A model generated the notes under the pieces. That model ran no database searches. It was not told the origin of the DNA and saw nothing but the letters and a program-made list of their open reading frames with translations. From Bacillota bacterium (GTDB lineage Bacteria; Bacillota; Clostridia; Peptostreptococcales; Anaerovoracaceae): a stretch of 64,000 nt of DNA. The DNA lies in the NCBI GenBank assembly GCA_017536365.1, contig JAFXHN010000057.1:2476-66475 (forward strand), given 5' to 3'. Shown here piece by piece: positions 38,747 through 47,473 of this stretch. A program made the position numbers and the translations under genes. The number at the start of each line of letters is the position of its first letter. Positions within the stretch are counted from its first letter, which is position 1.

Positions 38747-39529
38747 ATGTTATTAGCTTTCGATGTGGGAAACACAAACATCGTTATCGGAGTATTTGAC
38801 GGAGAAAAGCTTATTAGGTCATGGAGAATGAAAACAGACAAAAATAAGTCCGTTGATGAATATGGAATGCTCATAAATCAGCTGTTCCAGTATGATGGGA
38901 TAGATATGAGATCCGTAAGTGATGTTATAATTTCCACGGTAGTACCACCGGTACTTTACACACTTCAGCATCTTTCAAGAAAGTATTTCAACAGAAAGGC
39001 TATCGTAGTAGGGCCTGGAGTCAAGACCGGAATGGTGATCAAATATGATAATCCTAAACAGATAGGTGCAGACAGGATAGTAAATGCTGTAGCTGCGTAC
39101 CACAAATACGGCGGACCGCTGATCATAATAGATCTGGGAACAGCGACAACATTCTGTGCAGTAAGCGAAAAAGGTGAGTACATGGGCGGAACCATTGCTC
39201 CGGGACTTAAAATATCCAGCGAAGCTCTGGTAGAAAAAACATCAAAGCTTCCTAAAGTAGAGATAGAAGAACCGGGCAAAGTTATCTGCAAGAACACTAT
39301 AGAAAGTATTCAGGCAGGTTTGGTCTATGGTCACGTAGGTCTTGTTGAATACGTTGTAAATCGTATGAAGAAAGAGCTTGCACCGGGGCAGGAAGACAAA
39401 GTAACAGTTATAGCAACAGGCGGCATGGCCAGCCTGATAAGCGACAGCACACCGTGCATCGATCATATCGAAAGAGAATTGACTCTGGACGGGTTAAGGC
39501 TTATATATAAGAAAAACAGACAGGTATAA
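38747..39529 (+). CDS. coaX: type III pantothenate kinase
   Basis: MLLAFDVGNTNIVIG start 1 nt after the ftsH stop. Motif DRIVNAVAA. The longer ORF from 38702 overlaps ftsH. Confidence 0.88.
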   Translation: MLLAFDVGNTNIVIGVFDGEKLIRSWRMKTDKNKSVDEYGMLINQLFQYDGIDMRSVSDVIISTVVPPVLYTLQHLSRKYFNRKAIVVGPGVKTGMVIKYDNPKQIGADRIVNAVAAYHKYGGPLIIIDLGTATTFCAVSEKGEYMGGTIAPGLKISSEALVEKTSKLPKVEIEEPGKVICKNTIESIQAGLVYGHVGLVEYVVNRMKKELAPGQEDKVTVIATGGMASLISDSTPCIDHIERELTLDGLRLIYKKNRQV

Positions 39530-39548
39530 TCGTAATAAGGTAATAGAC

Positions 39549-39581
39549 CTCGCGTTTGCAGTATGCAGGCGCGAGTTTTTT
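39549..39581 (+). terminator. intrinsic terminator after coaX
   Basis: CTCGCG...CGCGAG hairpin followed by T6. Confidence 0.65.
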
Positions 39582-39675
39582 ATATTTGAGTTTAAATATG
39601 TAGGGATATTTGAGAAAGGGAGTTTTGTGATAAAAGACGGGCGGAATTAACATATTGGATAGAAATATAAACAAA

Positions 39676-39939
39676 GTGTTAACCGTTTAACACTAGAATT
39701 AAATTTTGAAAGAAAATGTTAAAAGATTTAACACAATTGGTGGAGAAATTGGAAAAAATGTTAAGCAATTAACATATAAGAGAAAAATCAGGATAAAGTG
39801 TTAAAAGAATTAACACAAAATTGAGAAAAACAAGAAAAGTGTTAAAAGGTTTAACAAAAAATGTGAAAAACTGAGTGAAGTGTTAACGAGTTAACACAAA
39901 TATAAAGAAATATTAGAAAAGTGTTAAAAAGCTTAACCC
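39676..39939. repeat. phased tandem array: seven 18-19 bp palindromes GTGTTAA-N4/5-TTAACAC at a 40-42 bp period
   Basis: Copies at 39676-39693, 39716-39734, 39758-39775, 39798-39816, 39839-39857, 39880-39897 and 39921-39939. They are separated by A-rich linkers of about 22 nt with similar composition. Confidence 0.9.
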
Positions 39940-40044
39940 AATAGACGTTTGCTTAGCAAATGTTGTTAAAAATCAAATCTAAGGATGAAGCGACGTTTGT
40001 AATATACGCATATAGGGAGTTTACATAAAGCCAAATGGAAAAAT

Positions 40045-40073
40045 TTGACAATTCGTGAACGCTGTTATAGTAT
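40045..40073 (+). promoter_or_regulatory. sigma-A promoter for the orphan nuclease-like gene
   Basis: TTGACA (40045-40050). The -10 is either TGtTATAGT (spacer 15) or TAGTAT (40068-40073, spacer 17). Confidence 0.5.
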
Positions 40074-40101
40074 AAAAGGAAAAGGGGAAAGGTGATAAAC
40101 A

Positions 40102-40932
40102 ATGAGAGAGATTATTATCAATGAAATGGAAAGGTACAGAAAGATTTTACAGGAGGACATGGAGGAAGTAAAATTATTATCGACAGATGGGATAACTACG
40201 AAGGTCATAAAAAATGAATTGTATTTTTATAAGAGAGAATATGATCCGAAAACGAACAAAAGAAAATACCGGTGCTTAGGAAATGTCAAGAGCTTGGATG
40301 AGGCATATATTTGTGAGATTTTACGAAGGGATCATTTAAATGAAAGAATAAAGGTAAATAAAAAGAATCTTGAATTGCTAACCAAGATCGTTCCTTTGTT
40401 AAAAAAAGAAGGTTATGGGAAAATCTATAGCCGTGTATCCAAAGCGGCAAAATTTTCGTATGCAACGAAACAAGATCACAGCATAGAGAGATATAAAGGC
40501 AGAGAAGTTGAGGCTTTGATTTGGCTCAGTAAAAACAATGATACTGTTACATTTCGCAATGATGAATTGCTGCATATGACGGCAAGGGGCTTAAGGGTAC
40601 GATCAAAGTCAGAGTTACTGATTGCTTCCGCTCTTGAGGAAAGGAGGCTTCTTTTTAAGTATGAACCGGAAATAAAAGGAGGATCAAACTCTGTTTTCAG
40701 ACCGGATTTTGTTGTTCTTAGACCTGGAGATATGAAGGAGATATATTGGGAGCACTTTGGCTTGATGAATGATCCGGAGTATGAAAAGAAGGCGATGGAA
40801 AAATTGATAAAGTATCAAAAGATGGGCTATTGTTTATGGGATAACCTGATCATTTCATTTGATTCAGACAAAGGATCCTTTAATATGCAGAGTATAAATA
40901 GAATTATTGACATGTTTATATCAGTGGAATAA
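40102..40932 (+). CDS. hypothetical protein with C-terminal PD-(D/E)XK-like (T7 endonuclease I / helicase-IV-N-terminal-like) domain
   Basis: 276 aa. The C-terminal half RSKSELLIASALEERRLLFKYEPEI...FRPDFVVL...IYWEHFG matches the S.SE...L....I.YEYE...PDF...E..G pattern of this nuclease fold. The N-terminal 150 aa are unassigned. Confidence 0.6.
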   Translation: MREIIINEMERYRKILQEDMEEVKLLSTDGITTKVIKNELYFYKREYDPKTNKRKYRCLGNVKSLDEAYICEILRRDHLNERIKVNKKNLELLTKIVPLLKKEGYGKIYSRVSKAAKFSYATKQDHSIERYKGREVEALIWLSKNNDTVTFRNDELLHMTARGLRVRSKSELLIASALEERRLLFKYEPEIKGGSNSVFRPDFVVLRPGDMKEIYWEHFGLMNDPEYEKKAMEKLIKYQKMGYCLWDNLIISFDSDKGSFNMQSINRIIDMFISVE

Positions 40933-40957
40933 AGGATAAGATGGTCAGCCAAAACAA

Positions 40958-41313
40958 TTCGCCGTATACGAAGAAACTAACTTCAAATTCGCTGCAAACG
41001 AAAAACAAAAAAACCGGGACAATGCCGGGTGGTTTTCGTTTAAGGCGAACGATGGGAGGAGAGGAAGAATAATGTACGAAGAAATGTTGGATAACGCGCC
41101 GCAAAATTCGTTTAAACCGAAGGGCGCGCCCTGTTTTTTTGTTTCGTTACAGGCGAAAAAGAGCTCGGCGGGGCAAATGTTTCGTTTAAGACGAAAGCAA
41201 AAATAGGAAAAGAAAAATGTGAACATAAACAATTCGTTTAAACCGAACATTAAAAAAATGAAAAGCGAAGCAAGGGCTGGAGCGCTTGCTTTTTATAATT
41301 CGCTTATAACGAA
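40958..41313. repeat. eight dispersed copies of a 15-bp inverted repeat TTCG-N7-CGAA (consensus AATTCGTTTAAACCGAAC)
   Basis: Copies at 40958-40972, 40988-41002, 41035-41049, 41107-41121, 41143-41157, 41181-41195, 41233-41247 and 41299-41313. Copies 4 and 7 are identical. Spacing is irregular (30-72 bp). Confidence 0.85.
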
Positions 41314-41443
41314 CAACAAAAAGAGATAAAGGTCTTTGACGCGAGGATCAAAATGATATTGATAGGGAAAGGAAGAATTGTATATATGGACAAAAAGTGT
41401 TATAATATAATGCCTAAAAAATAAGAATCAATTAAGGAATAAT

Positions 41444-42400
41444 ATGAAGATCGGAAATATAGAATTTGAGAATCCTTTTATCCTTGCGCCTATGGCGGGG
41501 ATAACGGACAGCACTTTCAGACTGCTGTGCAGGGAGATGGGATGCAGTCTTTCCTATTCGGAGATGGTAAGTGCAAAAGCTCTGTACTACAAGGACAAGA
41601 ATACAGAGCGGCTATTGAAAGTCACAGAAGAGGAACTTCCAATAGCCTACCAGGTCTTCGGCTCGGAGCCGGAAGTCCTGGCTTTTGCAGCAGATCGCCT
41701 ACGAGAAGAAAAAAACTGCATACTGGATATAAATATGGGCTGTCCTGTTCCTAAAGTGGTAAAAAACGGAGAAGGCTCCGCCCTCATGAAAGATCCGGCG
41801 CTGATCAGGGAACTCGTTTCCGCAGCTGTAAAGCATGCGGGGAAACCTGTAACAGTAAAAATGCGCTTGGGCTGGAATGACGAGAATATAAATGTAATAG
41901 AATGCGCCGGAGAAGCGGAAGCTGCGGGAGCCGCAGCAGTTGCTGTCCATGGAAGGACCAGAGAGCAGTATTACAGCGGCAAAGCAGACTGGGCATGGAT
42001 CAAAGAAGTAAAGAAACAGCTCAGTATTCCTGTGATTGGAAACGGTGATATTTTTAAGGCGGAAGATGCTCTAAGGATGATGGATGAGACCGGATGCGAC
42101 ATGGTCATGGTGGGCAGAGGAGCATTGGGAAATCCTTGGATATTTAGAGAATTAAAATCTCTGTGGGGGAATAATATAGAAGAAAAACCGCCGGCTTTCC
42201 AAGAGATCATTGAACTGATGAAAAGACAGCTCGACATGATGGAGAAAGAAAAGGGAGAATATGCGGCCGTAAGAGAAATGCGAAAACACGTAGGATGGTA
42301 TATCAAAGGTGTTCACGGTGCGGCTTCTATACGCCAGAACGTTAATAAAATTGATGATATAAGGGAATTAAGGTCATTCTTGACAATTTTAGCCCGCTAA
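41444..42400 (+). CDS. dusB: tRNA-dihydrouridine synthase
   Basis: 318 aa. Motifs LAPMAGITD, DINMGCP and GNGDI. Confidence 0.88.
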   Translation: MKIGNIEFENPFILAPMAGITDSTFRLLCREMGCSLSYSEMVSAKALYYKDKNTERLLKVTEEELPIAYQVFGSEPEVLAFAADRLREEKNCILDINMGCPVPKVVKNGEGSALMKDPALIRELVSAAVKHAGKPVTVKMRLGWNDENINVIECAGEAEAAGAAAVAVHGRTREQYYSGKADWAWIKEVKKQLSIPVIGNGDIFKAEDALRMMDETGCDMVMVGRGALGNPWIFRELKSLWGNNIEEKPPAFQEIIELMKRQLDMMEKEKGEYAAVREMRKHVGWYIKGVHGAASIRQNVNKIDDIRELRSFLTILAR

Positions 42401-42449
42401 TTTATTATGTAGGGTATAATATTTTTTATTGAGGAAGGGAGTTCATGAG

Positions 42450-42929
42450 ATGGCTGAAGAACTGATTTTAACCAGGGAAGGTTATACGAAAATTGAACAG
42501 GAACATGAGTATTTAGTATCTGTTAGAAGAAAAGAAGTTGCCGAAAGGATCAAGGAGGCGATCTCATACGGAGATATCTCTGAAAACTCCGAATTCGATT
42601 CTGCAAAAAATGAACAGGCAGAATTAGAGGAAAGGATCCTCAAGCTTGAAAATATGATGAGAAATGCTACAGTTATCGAAGATGATGACATCAATCTCGA
42701 AGTAGCAAACGTAGGTCTGACTATTAAAGTTAAAGATTTAGACTTTGATGAAGACATAGAATTCTCTATCGTAGGATCTTCAGAAATAGATCCAAGCAAA
42801 AATTTGATATCAAACGAATCTCCTATAGGCAAAGAGCTTATGGGCAAAAGAGTCGGCGATATAATAGAAGTTACAGTTCCTGACGGTTCTGTGATCAAAT
42901 TTGAGGTATTAGAAATTTATAAAAAGTAG
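42450..42929 (+). CDS. greA: transcription elongation factor GreA
   Basis: [12 protein letters not shown] start preceded by AAGGGAG. Acidic tip motif [11 protein letters not shown]. Confidence 0.9.
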   Translation: MAEELILTREGYTKIEQEHEYLVSVRRKEVAERIKEAISYGDISENSEFDSAKNEQAELEERILKLENMMRNATVIEDDDINLEVANVGLTIKVKDLDFDEDIEFSIVGSSEIDPSKNLISNESPIGKELMGKRVGDIIEVTVPDGSVIKFEVLEIYKK

Positions 42930-42937
42930 GTGGGAAC

Positions 42938-44428
42938 ATGGCAGAAGAACAAAAGAACGTAGTCCAAGAAGAAAATTTATCAGAAGTATTGCAGGTAAGA
43001 AGAGACAAGCTGGCTAAACTTCAGGCCGACGGAAGAGATCCGTTCGTGGTAGAAAAATACGATGTAACAGCATACAGCCAGGATATCAAAGAAAACTTCG
43101 ATGATTACGAAGGTAAAAAAGTTTCTATTGCCGGCAGAATCATGGCAAAAAGAAGAATGGGCAAAGCTTCATTTATCGATATTCAGGATAAAGACGGCAG
43201 GATCCAGTCTTATGTTAGAAAAGATGCTATCGGTGATGTAGAATATGAATATTTCGTAACATATGACATCGGTGATATCGTAGGTATCAAAGGTGAAGTT
43301 TTCAGAACAAAACACGGTGAAGTTTCAGTTAAAGCAGAAGAGATCCTCCTCATGAGCAAATCTCTCCAGGTGCTTCCTGAAAAATTCCACGGGCTTACAG
43401 ATACAGAGATCCGTTACAGACAGAGATACGTTGACCTTATCGTAAATCCTGATGTAAAGAAAACTTTCGTGCTTAGAACACAGATCGTTAAAGAGATCAA
43501 GAGATTCATGGATGAAAGAGGATTCCTTGAAGTTGACACACCTATCCTCGGCACAATTGCCGGCGGTGCAGCAGCTCGTCCATTCATCACACATCACAAC
43601 ACACTTGACATCGATATGTACATGAGAATCGCTAACGAACTCTTCCTTAAGAGACTAATCGTAGGCGGATTTGACAGAGTATATGAAATGGGCCATATGT
43701 TCAGAAACGAAGGTATGGATCCAAAGCATAATCCTGAATATACAGCTATCGAAATGTACCAGGCATATGCTGACTATGAAGATATGATGGAACTCACAGA
43801 AAGCCTCATTTCAACAGTTGCTGAAAGAGTTCTCGGAACAACAAAAGTTAACTATCAGGGCACAGAAATCGACTTCAAACCTCCTTGGAAGAGAGCTACA
43901 ATGATCGAAATGGTAAGAGAATACGCAGGCGTAGACTTTGACCAGATCACAACAGACGAAGAAGCAAGAGCTATCGCTAAGGAAAGAGGAATTGAAGATG
44001 CGGACAAGCTCAACAGAGGTAAAGCTATCGCTGCATTCTTTGAAGAATACTGCGAAGAACACCTTGTTCAGCCTATCTTCATCACACAGCATCCGGTTGA
44101 AATTTCTCCACTCGCAAAGAGAAATCCTAAGGATCCTGCAATGACAAACAGATTTGAAGCTTTCGCAAACAGATGGGAAATTGCAAACGCATTCTCTGAA
44201 CTTAATGACCCTATCGATCAGAAACAGAGATTTATCGATCAGCTCAAAGAAAGAGAAGCCGGCGATGATGAAGCTCATATGATGGACGAAGACTTTGTAA
44301 ATGCTATCGAAGTAGGCCTTCCACCAACAGGAGGTCTTGGTGTAGGCGTTGACAGAGTTATCATGCTCCTCACAAACGCAGCATCCATCAGGGATATTAT
44401 TTTGTTCCCAACAATGAAGCCGCTTTAA
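42938..44428 (+). CDS. lysS: lysyl-tRNA synthetase (class II)
   Basis: 496 aa. N-terminal OB domain, and class II motifs FRNEG and GLGVGVDR. Confidence 0.93.
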   Translation: MAEEQKNVVQEENLSEVLQVRRDKLAKLQADGRDPFVVEKYDVTAYSQDIKENFDDYEGKKVSIAGRIMAKRRMGKASFIDIQDKDGRIQSYVRKDAIGDVEYEYFVTYDIGDIVGIKGEVFRTKHGEVSVKAEEILLMSKSLQVLPEKFHGLTDTEIRYRQRYVDLIVNPDVKKTFVLRTQIVKEIKRFMDERGFLEVDTPILGTIAGGAAARPFITHHNTLDIDMYMRIANELFLKRLIVGGFDRVYEMGHMFRNEGMDPKHNPEYTAIEMYQAYADYEDMMELTESLISTVAERVLGTTKVNYQGTEIDFKPPWKRATMIEMVREYAGVDFDQITTDEEARAIAKERGIEDADKLNRGKAIAAFFEEYCEEHLVQPIFITQHPVEISPLAKRNPKDPAMTNRFEAFANRWEIANAFSELNDPIDQKQRFIDQLKEREAGDDEAHMMDEDFVNAIEVGLPPTGGLGVGVDRVIMLLTNAASIRDIILFPTMKPL

Positions 44429-44470
44429 GAAAAAACTAAGACTTATAGCAGAGTTAGCGTAAGTATTACA

Positions 44471-44503
44471 CCCCCTTTGCCGGGAAAGGCAGAGGGGGTT
44501 TTC
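44471..44503 (+). terminator. intrinsic terminator after lysS
   Basis: CCCCCTTTGCC / GGCAGAGGGGG stem followed by TTTT. Confidence 0.8.
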
Positions 44504-44572
44504 TGTGAAGAGCAACATTGATATTGATAATGTGATAGTATATTATAGTATTAAAAAATATGATGTTCAAAA

Positions 44573-46231
44573 ATGAAAATCTTTTCGAAGGGAGAGCGGG
44601 CGTTGAAACATAGTTGCTTAAAAAAAATAATTACTGTCTCAATGGTTTTTGTTTTGACATTTACGTTGCTGACTTTTACTTCTTGCGAATCTGAGACGCA
44701 TGACACCGAGCTGATGAGCTTTGAGTTTACCCTTACAGATCAGGATGTGGAAGAAGCTCTTGCGTTGACAGAACAGCTGGAAGTATATATTGAAGAAGAA
44801 AACAATTCGAAGATAGTTTCTACGGCGAAGCTGCTGCAGGATAAAAGAGATTACATTGTTCATCAGAGCCTTGTGGGAAAAATCAATTATTATTCAGATT
44901 TGGAAGATGATCAGGCTTATGAAACGTATGCTTCCGCGGAGGATGCCAATTATACGGTGCGTGAGGAAAGCCTGCGTGTACTGAAAAAACTTTACCGATC
45001 GGATCTGCCGGCAAAAGATAAAGTTTTCGAAGATTGGACCGAAGCGGAAATAAAGACACTTGAGGTTTCCGATGAAGATATCGCTGCGATCGAAAAACAA
45101 CAGGATGAATTGCTGCAGGAATATCTTGCCTTAGATAACACTGATCCGGAGACCTGGTCGACGGCACAGGAAGAGATTTATTTAGAATTTGTACACAGCG
45201 GACAGCAGCTTGCTTTTTTGTATGGCCATGACAATTATTACAATTATGCTGCAAATGAAATATATAACAGAGGATACAGCAAAGATCAGAGAGAATCTTT
45301 TCGTGAAAGTGTAAAAGAACAGATATTGCCGTTGTATTTAGAAGTGGAGGCTTTATATCAAGAAAAAAGGGATCAGCTCACCGAGGATCAGGAAGCACTG
45401 TTTTCCTCCTTAAGAAAAGATACTTGCTTGCAGTCAAACGAATATCTGGCGGGATACATCGAGAGTTATCCTGAGGAAATGAAAACTATTATGAATTATA
45501 TTTTCGACCGGGAAGCGGTGGTATACAGTGAATCGGAAAATGCATATGGAATAGCGTATACAAATTATTCTAATTATTGCGATCAGCCTTTTGTGTTTTT
45601 GGGAAACGGCTGTCAGGACTTGCTTACATTTGTACATGAGCTTGGACATTACGTGTCGTTTTATCATTTTGCAGATGATGAACTCCCATATGACACCTGT
45701 GAGGTACAGTCTCAAGGCGGTGAATGGCTGCTTCTAAATTATCTTGACGGAAAGCTGGATGCAGAAGTTTATGAAGCATTTTTACTGTGGCGTTTGAGAT
45801 ATGGTTTGGATATCATCACCCTCAGTACACTGGTAGACGAATTCGAGGAAGAAGTTTATACACGAGCTGAACTTGCTTCACCGGATGAATTTGAAAGTAT
45901 TTTTGAGGATGTGGTGGATAGCTATGAAGGCATCGAAGAATTATATTCTATAGATGAACTTTACACCTATGCTCAGCGTGTATCGATAGAAGTGCCGGTT
46001 TATTACTTAAGCTATGCGACAAGCGAAGTGGCATCAATGTCGTTTTATGCAGTGGCAAACGAAGAAGGATATGAAATTGCACAGGATATATATATTGACC
46101 TCTGTTTGAAAACACCAACCGACAGGACGTTTTCCGATACGCTTATGGATGTGGGACTTCCGGACCCATTTGAGGAAGAAAATATAGTAAAGATAAAAGA
46201 AACCTTTGAAAATGTATTTGAGGCAGAATGA
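44573..46231 (+). CDS. putative lipoprotein zinc metallopeptidase (M3/oligoendopeptidase-like, HELGH motif)
   Basis: 552 aa. Signal/lipobox-like ...LLTFTSC and zincin motif FVHELGHY. The start may instead be TTG 44603. Family assignment is tentative. Confidence 0.55.
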   Translation: MKIFSKGERALKHSCLKKIITVSMVFVLTFTLLTFTSCESETHDTELMSFEFTLTDQDVEEALALTEQLEVYIEEENNSKIVSTAKLLQDKRDYIVHQSLVGKINYYSDLEDDQAYETYASAEDANYTVREESLRVLKKLYRSDLPAKDKVFEDWTEAEIKTLEVSDEDIAAIEKQQDELLQEYLALDNTDPETWSTAQEEIYLEFVHSGQQLAFLYGHDNYYNYAANEIYNRGYSKDQRESFRESVKEQILPLYLEVEALYQEKRDQLTEDQEALFSSLRKDTCLQSNEYLAGYIESYPEEMKTIMNYIFDREAVVYSESENAYGIAYTNYSNYCDQPFVFLGNGCQDLLTFVHELGHYVSFYHFADDELPYDTCEVQSQGGEWLLLNYLDGKLDAEVYEAFLLWRLRYGLDIITLSTLVDEFEEEVYTRAELASPDEFESIFEDVVDSYEGIEELYSIDELYTYAQRVSIEVPVYYLSYATSEVASMSFYAVANEEGYEIAQDIYIDLCLKTPTDRTFSDTLMDVGLPDPFEEENIVKIKETFENVFEAE

Positions 46232-46249
46232 ATGCCGAATGAAAGAAAA

Positions 46250-46278
46250 CCCCGCATTTTATGCGGGGTTGGTTTTTT
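46250..46278. terminator. bidirectional intrinsic terminator between convergent genes
   Basis: CCCCGCAT-TTT-ATGCGGGG hairpin with A-rich and T-rich flanks. Confidence 0.8.
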
Positions 46279-46282
46279 ATCG

Positions 46283-47185
46283 TTATGTGTTTATAAGCTG
46301 CTGCATATCATCCGGCAATGGGCTTTCGAAATGCATTGGTTCACCGCTGACCGGATGGGTAAACTGCAAAGTGGCACAGTGCAGCGCCTGCCTGCTGATC
46401 AGATGGCAGCTGCCTCCGTATAATGAATCGCCCAGAAGGGGATGCCCCAGAGATGCCATATGGACTCGGATCTGATGGGTGCGGCCGGTCAACAGTTGAA
46501 GCTGAATCAATGAATAAAATCGTGTGCCGGATCGAAAAGTGTTTAAGGTTTTATACAATGTAACGGCTGGCTGACCGTCGGGATGAATCTGGCGCCGGAT
46601 ACGGCTGTTATCTATACGTCCGATGGGTTTGTCAATACGACCTTCCGGTGGTGAAGGGATCCCTTCCGCAAGTGCAAGATAAGTTTTGGTGATGGTCTGT
46701 TCCTGCTGTACCAGGCTGAGCAGATGATGTATATGCCGATGTTTTGCCGTAAGGACCAGCCCGGATGTATCCAGGTCCAGTCGTGTTGCAAAATGAACGG
46801 CTGCCATATGACGGGTCTGTTCATAATGATGAACAATGGCGTTAGCCAGCGTTTCGGAAGGATGCCTTTTGGATGGAATGATAGAGATGCCTGCCGGTTT
46901 TTCTGTAACCAGGAGATATTCATCTTCGTAGATGATAGAAAGGGGCATAGCATTGCCCTTCATCTGGTAGTTAACTTTTTCCGGTGGATACTGTACAGTG
47001 ATCCTGTCGCCGGGCTGTACGATGTAACGTACGGTTTCCGTTTTGCCGTTTACCAGAATTGCACCGCCGGACTTGATATCAGTCAGAGCAGTTTTGGAAA
47101 TATTCTGTTGTATAAGAAAGTCGCGCAGCAGAATATTACGGTCACATTCTGATGCGGTAAACTGCAAGGTGAATGGTTTTGTCAT
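46283..47185 (-). CDS. RluA-family (RluD-like) pseudouridine synthase with N-terminal S4 domain
   Basis: 300 aa. Motifs ATRLDLDTSGLVLTA and LLTGRTHQIRVH. Codon usage is visibly GC-richer than in neighbouring genes. Confidence 0.85.
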   Translation of the reverse strand: MTKPFTLQFTASECDRNILLRDFLIQQNISKTALTDIKSGGAILVNGKTETVRYIVQPGDRITVQYPPEKVNYQMKGNAMPLSIIYEDEYLLVTEKPAGISIIPSKRHPSETLANAIVHHYEQTRHMAAVHFATRLDLDTSGLVLTAKHRHIHHLLSLVQQEQTITKTYLALAEGIPSPPEGRIDKPIGRIDNSRIRRQIHPDGQPAVTLYKTLNTFRSGTRFYSLIQLQLLTGRTHQIRVHMASLGHPLLGDSLYGGSCHLISRQALHCATLQFTHPVSGEPMHFESPLPDDMQQLINT

Positions 47186-47240
47186 TGATCCTATCCTTTG
47201 CTTTAAACTGATAATTTATTATATCACAGGATGATACCTG

Positions 47241-47429
47241 ATGTATTGCCGCGCCATTTTTATATGTAAAAACTTTCAAACCTGTGTTGCTCCCGACTAC
47301 ATTCTCTGCGAAAAAACTGTTAAAGATGAATTCGTATCAGAGGCAGTAAAACATATCAAGATACAATATGGTGAAAATCCTCTTGAAAATAGAGATTACG
47401 GAAAAATCATAAATAAAAAACATACTTGA
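47241..47429 (+). pseudogene. remnant of an aldehyde dehydrogenase gene (catalytic-Cys region only)
   Basis: The 62-aa ORF contains FQTCVAPDYILCEKTVKDEFVSEAVKHIKIQYGENPLENRDYGKIINKKH. This matches the class-3-like ALDH segment GQTCVAPDY...YGE......DYGRII. The rest of an approximately 450-aa enzyme is absent. Confidence 0.6.
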
Positions 47430-47473
47430 AGATTTTTTTATGCATCGTATAATCGTAACAAAGGAGAGAAAAA

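Noticed and set aside
39676-39939. Possible CRISPR array (regularly spaced repeats).
   Set aside because: - The repeats are only 18-19 bp and the 'spacers' only about 22 bp.
- The spacers resemble each other in A-rich composition, which indicates tandem duplication of one 41-bp unit.
- There are no cas genes and no leader in the window.
40916-41250. Minus-strand ORFs of 62 and 101 aa downstream of the nuclease-like gene.
   Set aside because: Their sequences are low-complexity echoes of the TTCG-N7-CGAA repeats (recurring FGLNEF/L). There is no RBS, and they overlap each other.
40958-41313. Spo0A '0A boxes' (TGNCGAA) as an explanation for the CGAA-containing repeats.
   Set aside because: Only some copies approximate xGNCGAA. 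The conserved unit is a symmetric TTCG-N7-CGAA element, which the 7-bp asymmetric 0A box does not explain.
46206-46475. Small plus-strand ORFs (89 and 63 aa) after the peptidase gene.
   Set aside because: They overlap the bidirectional terminator and the 3' end of the minus-strand RluA-family gene. No independent signals support them.
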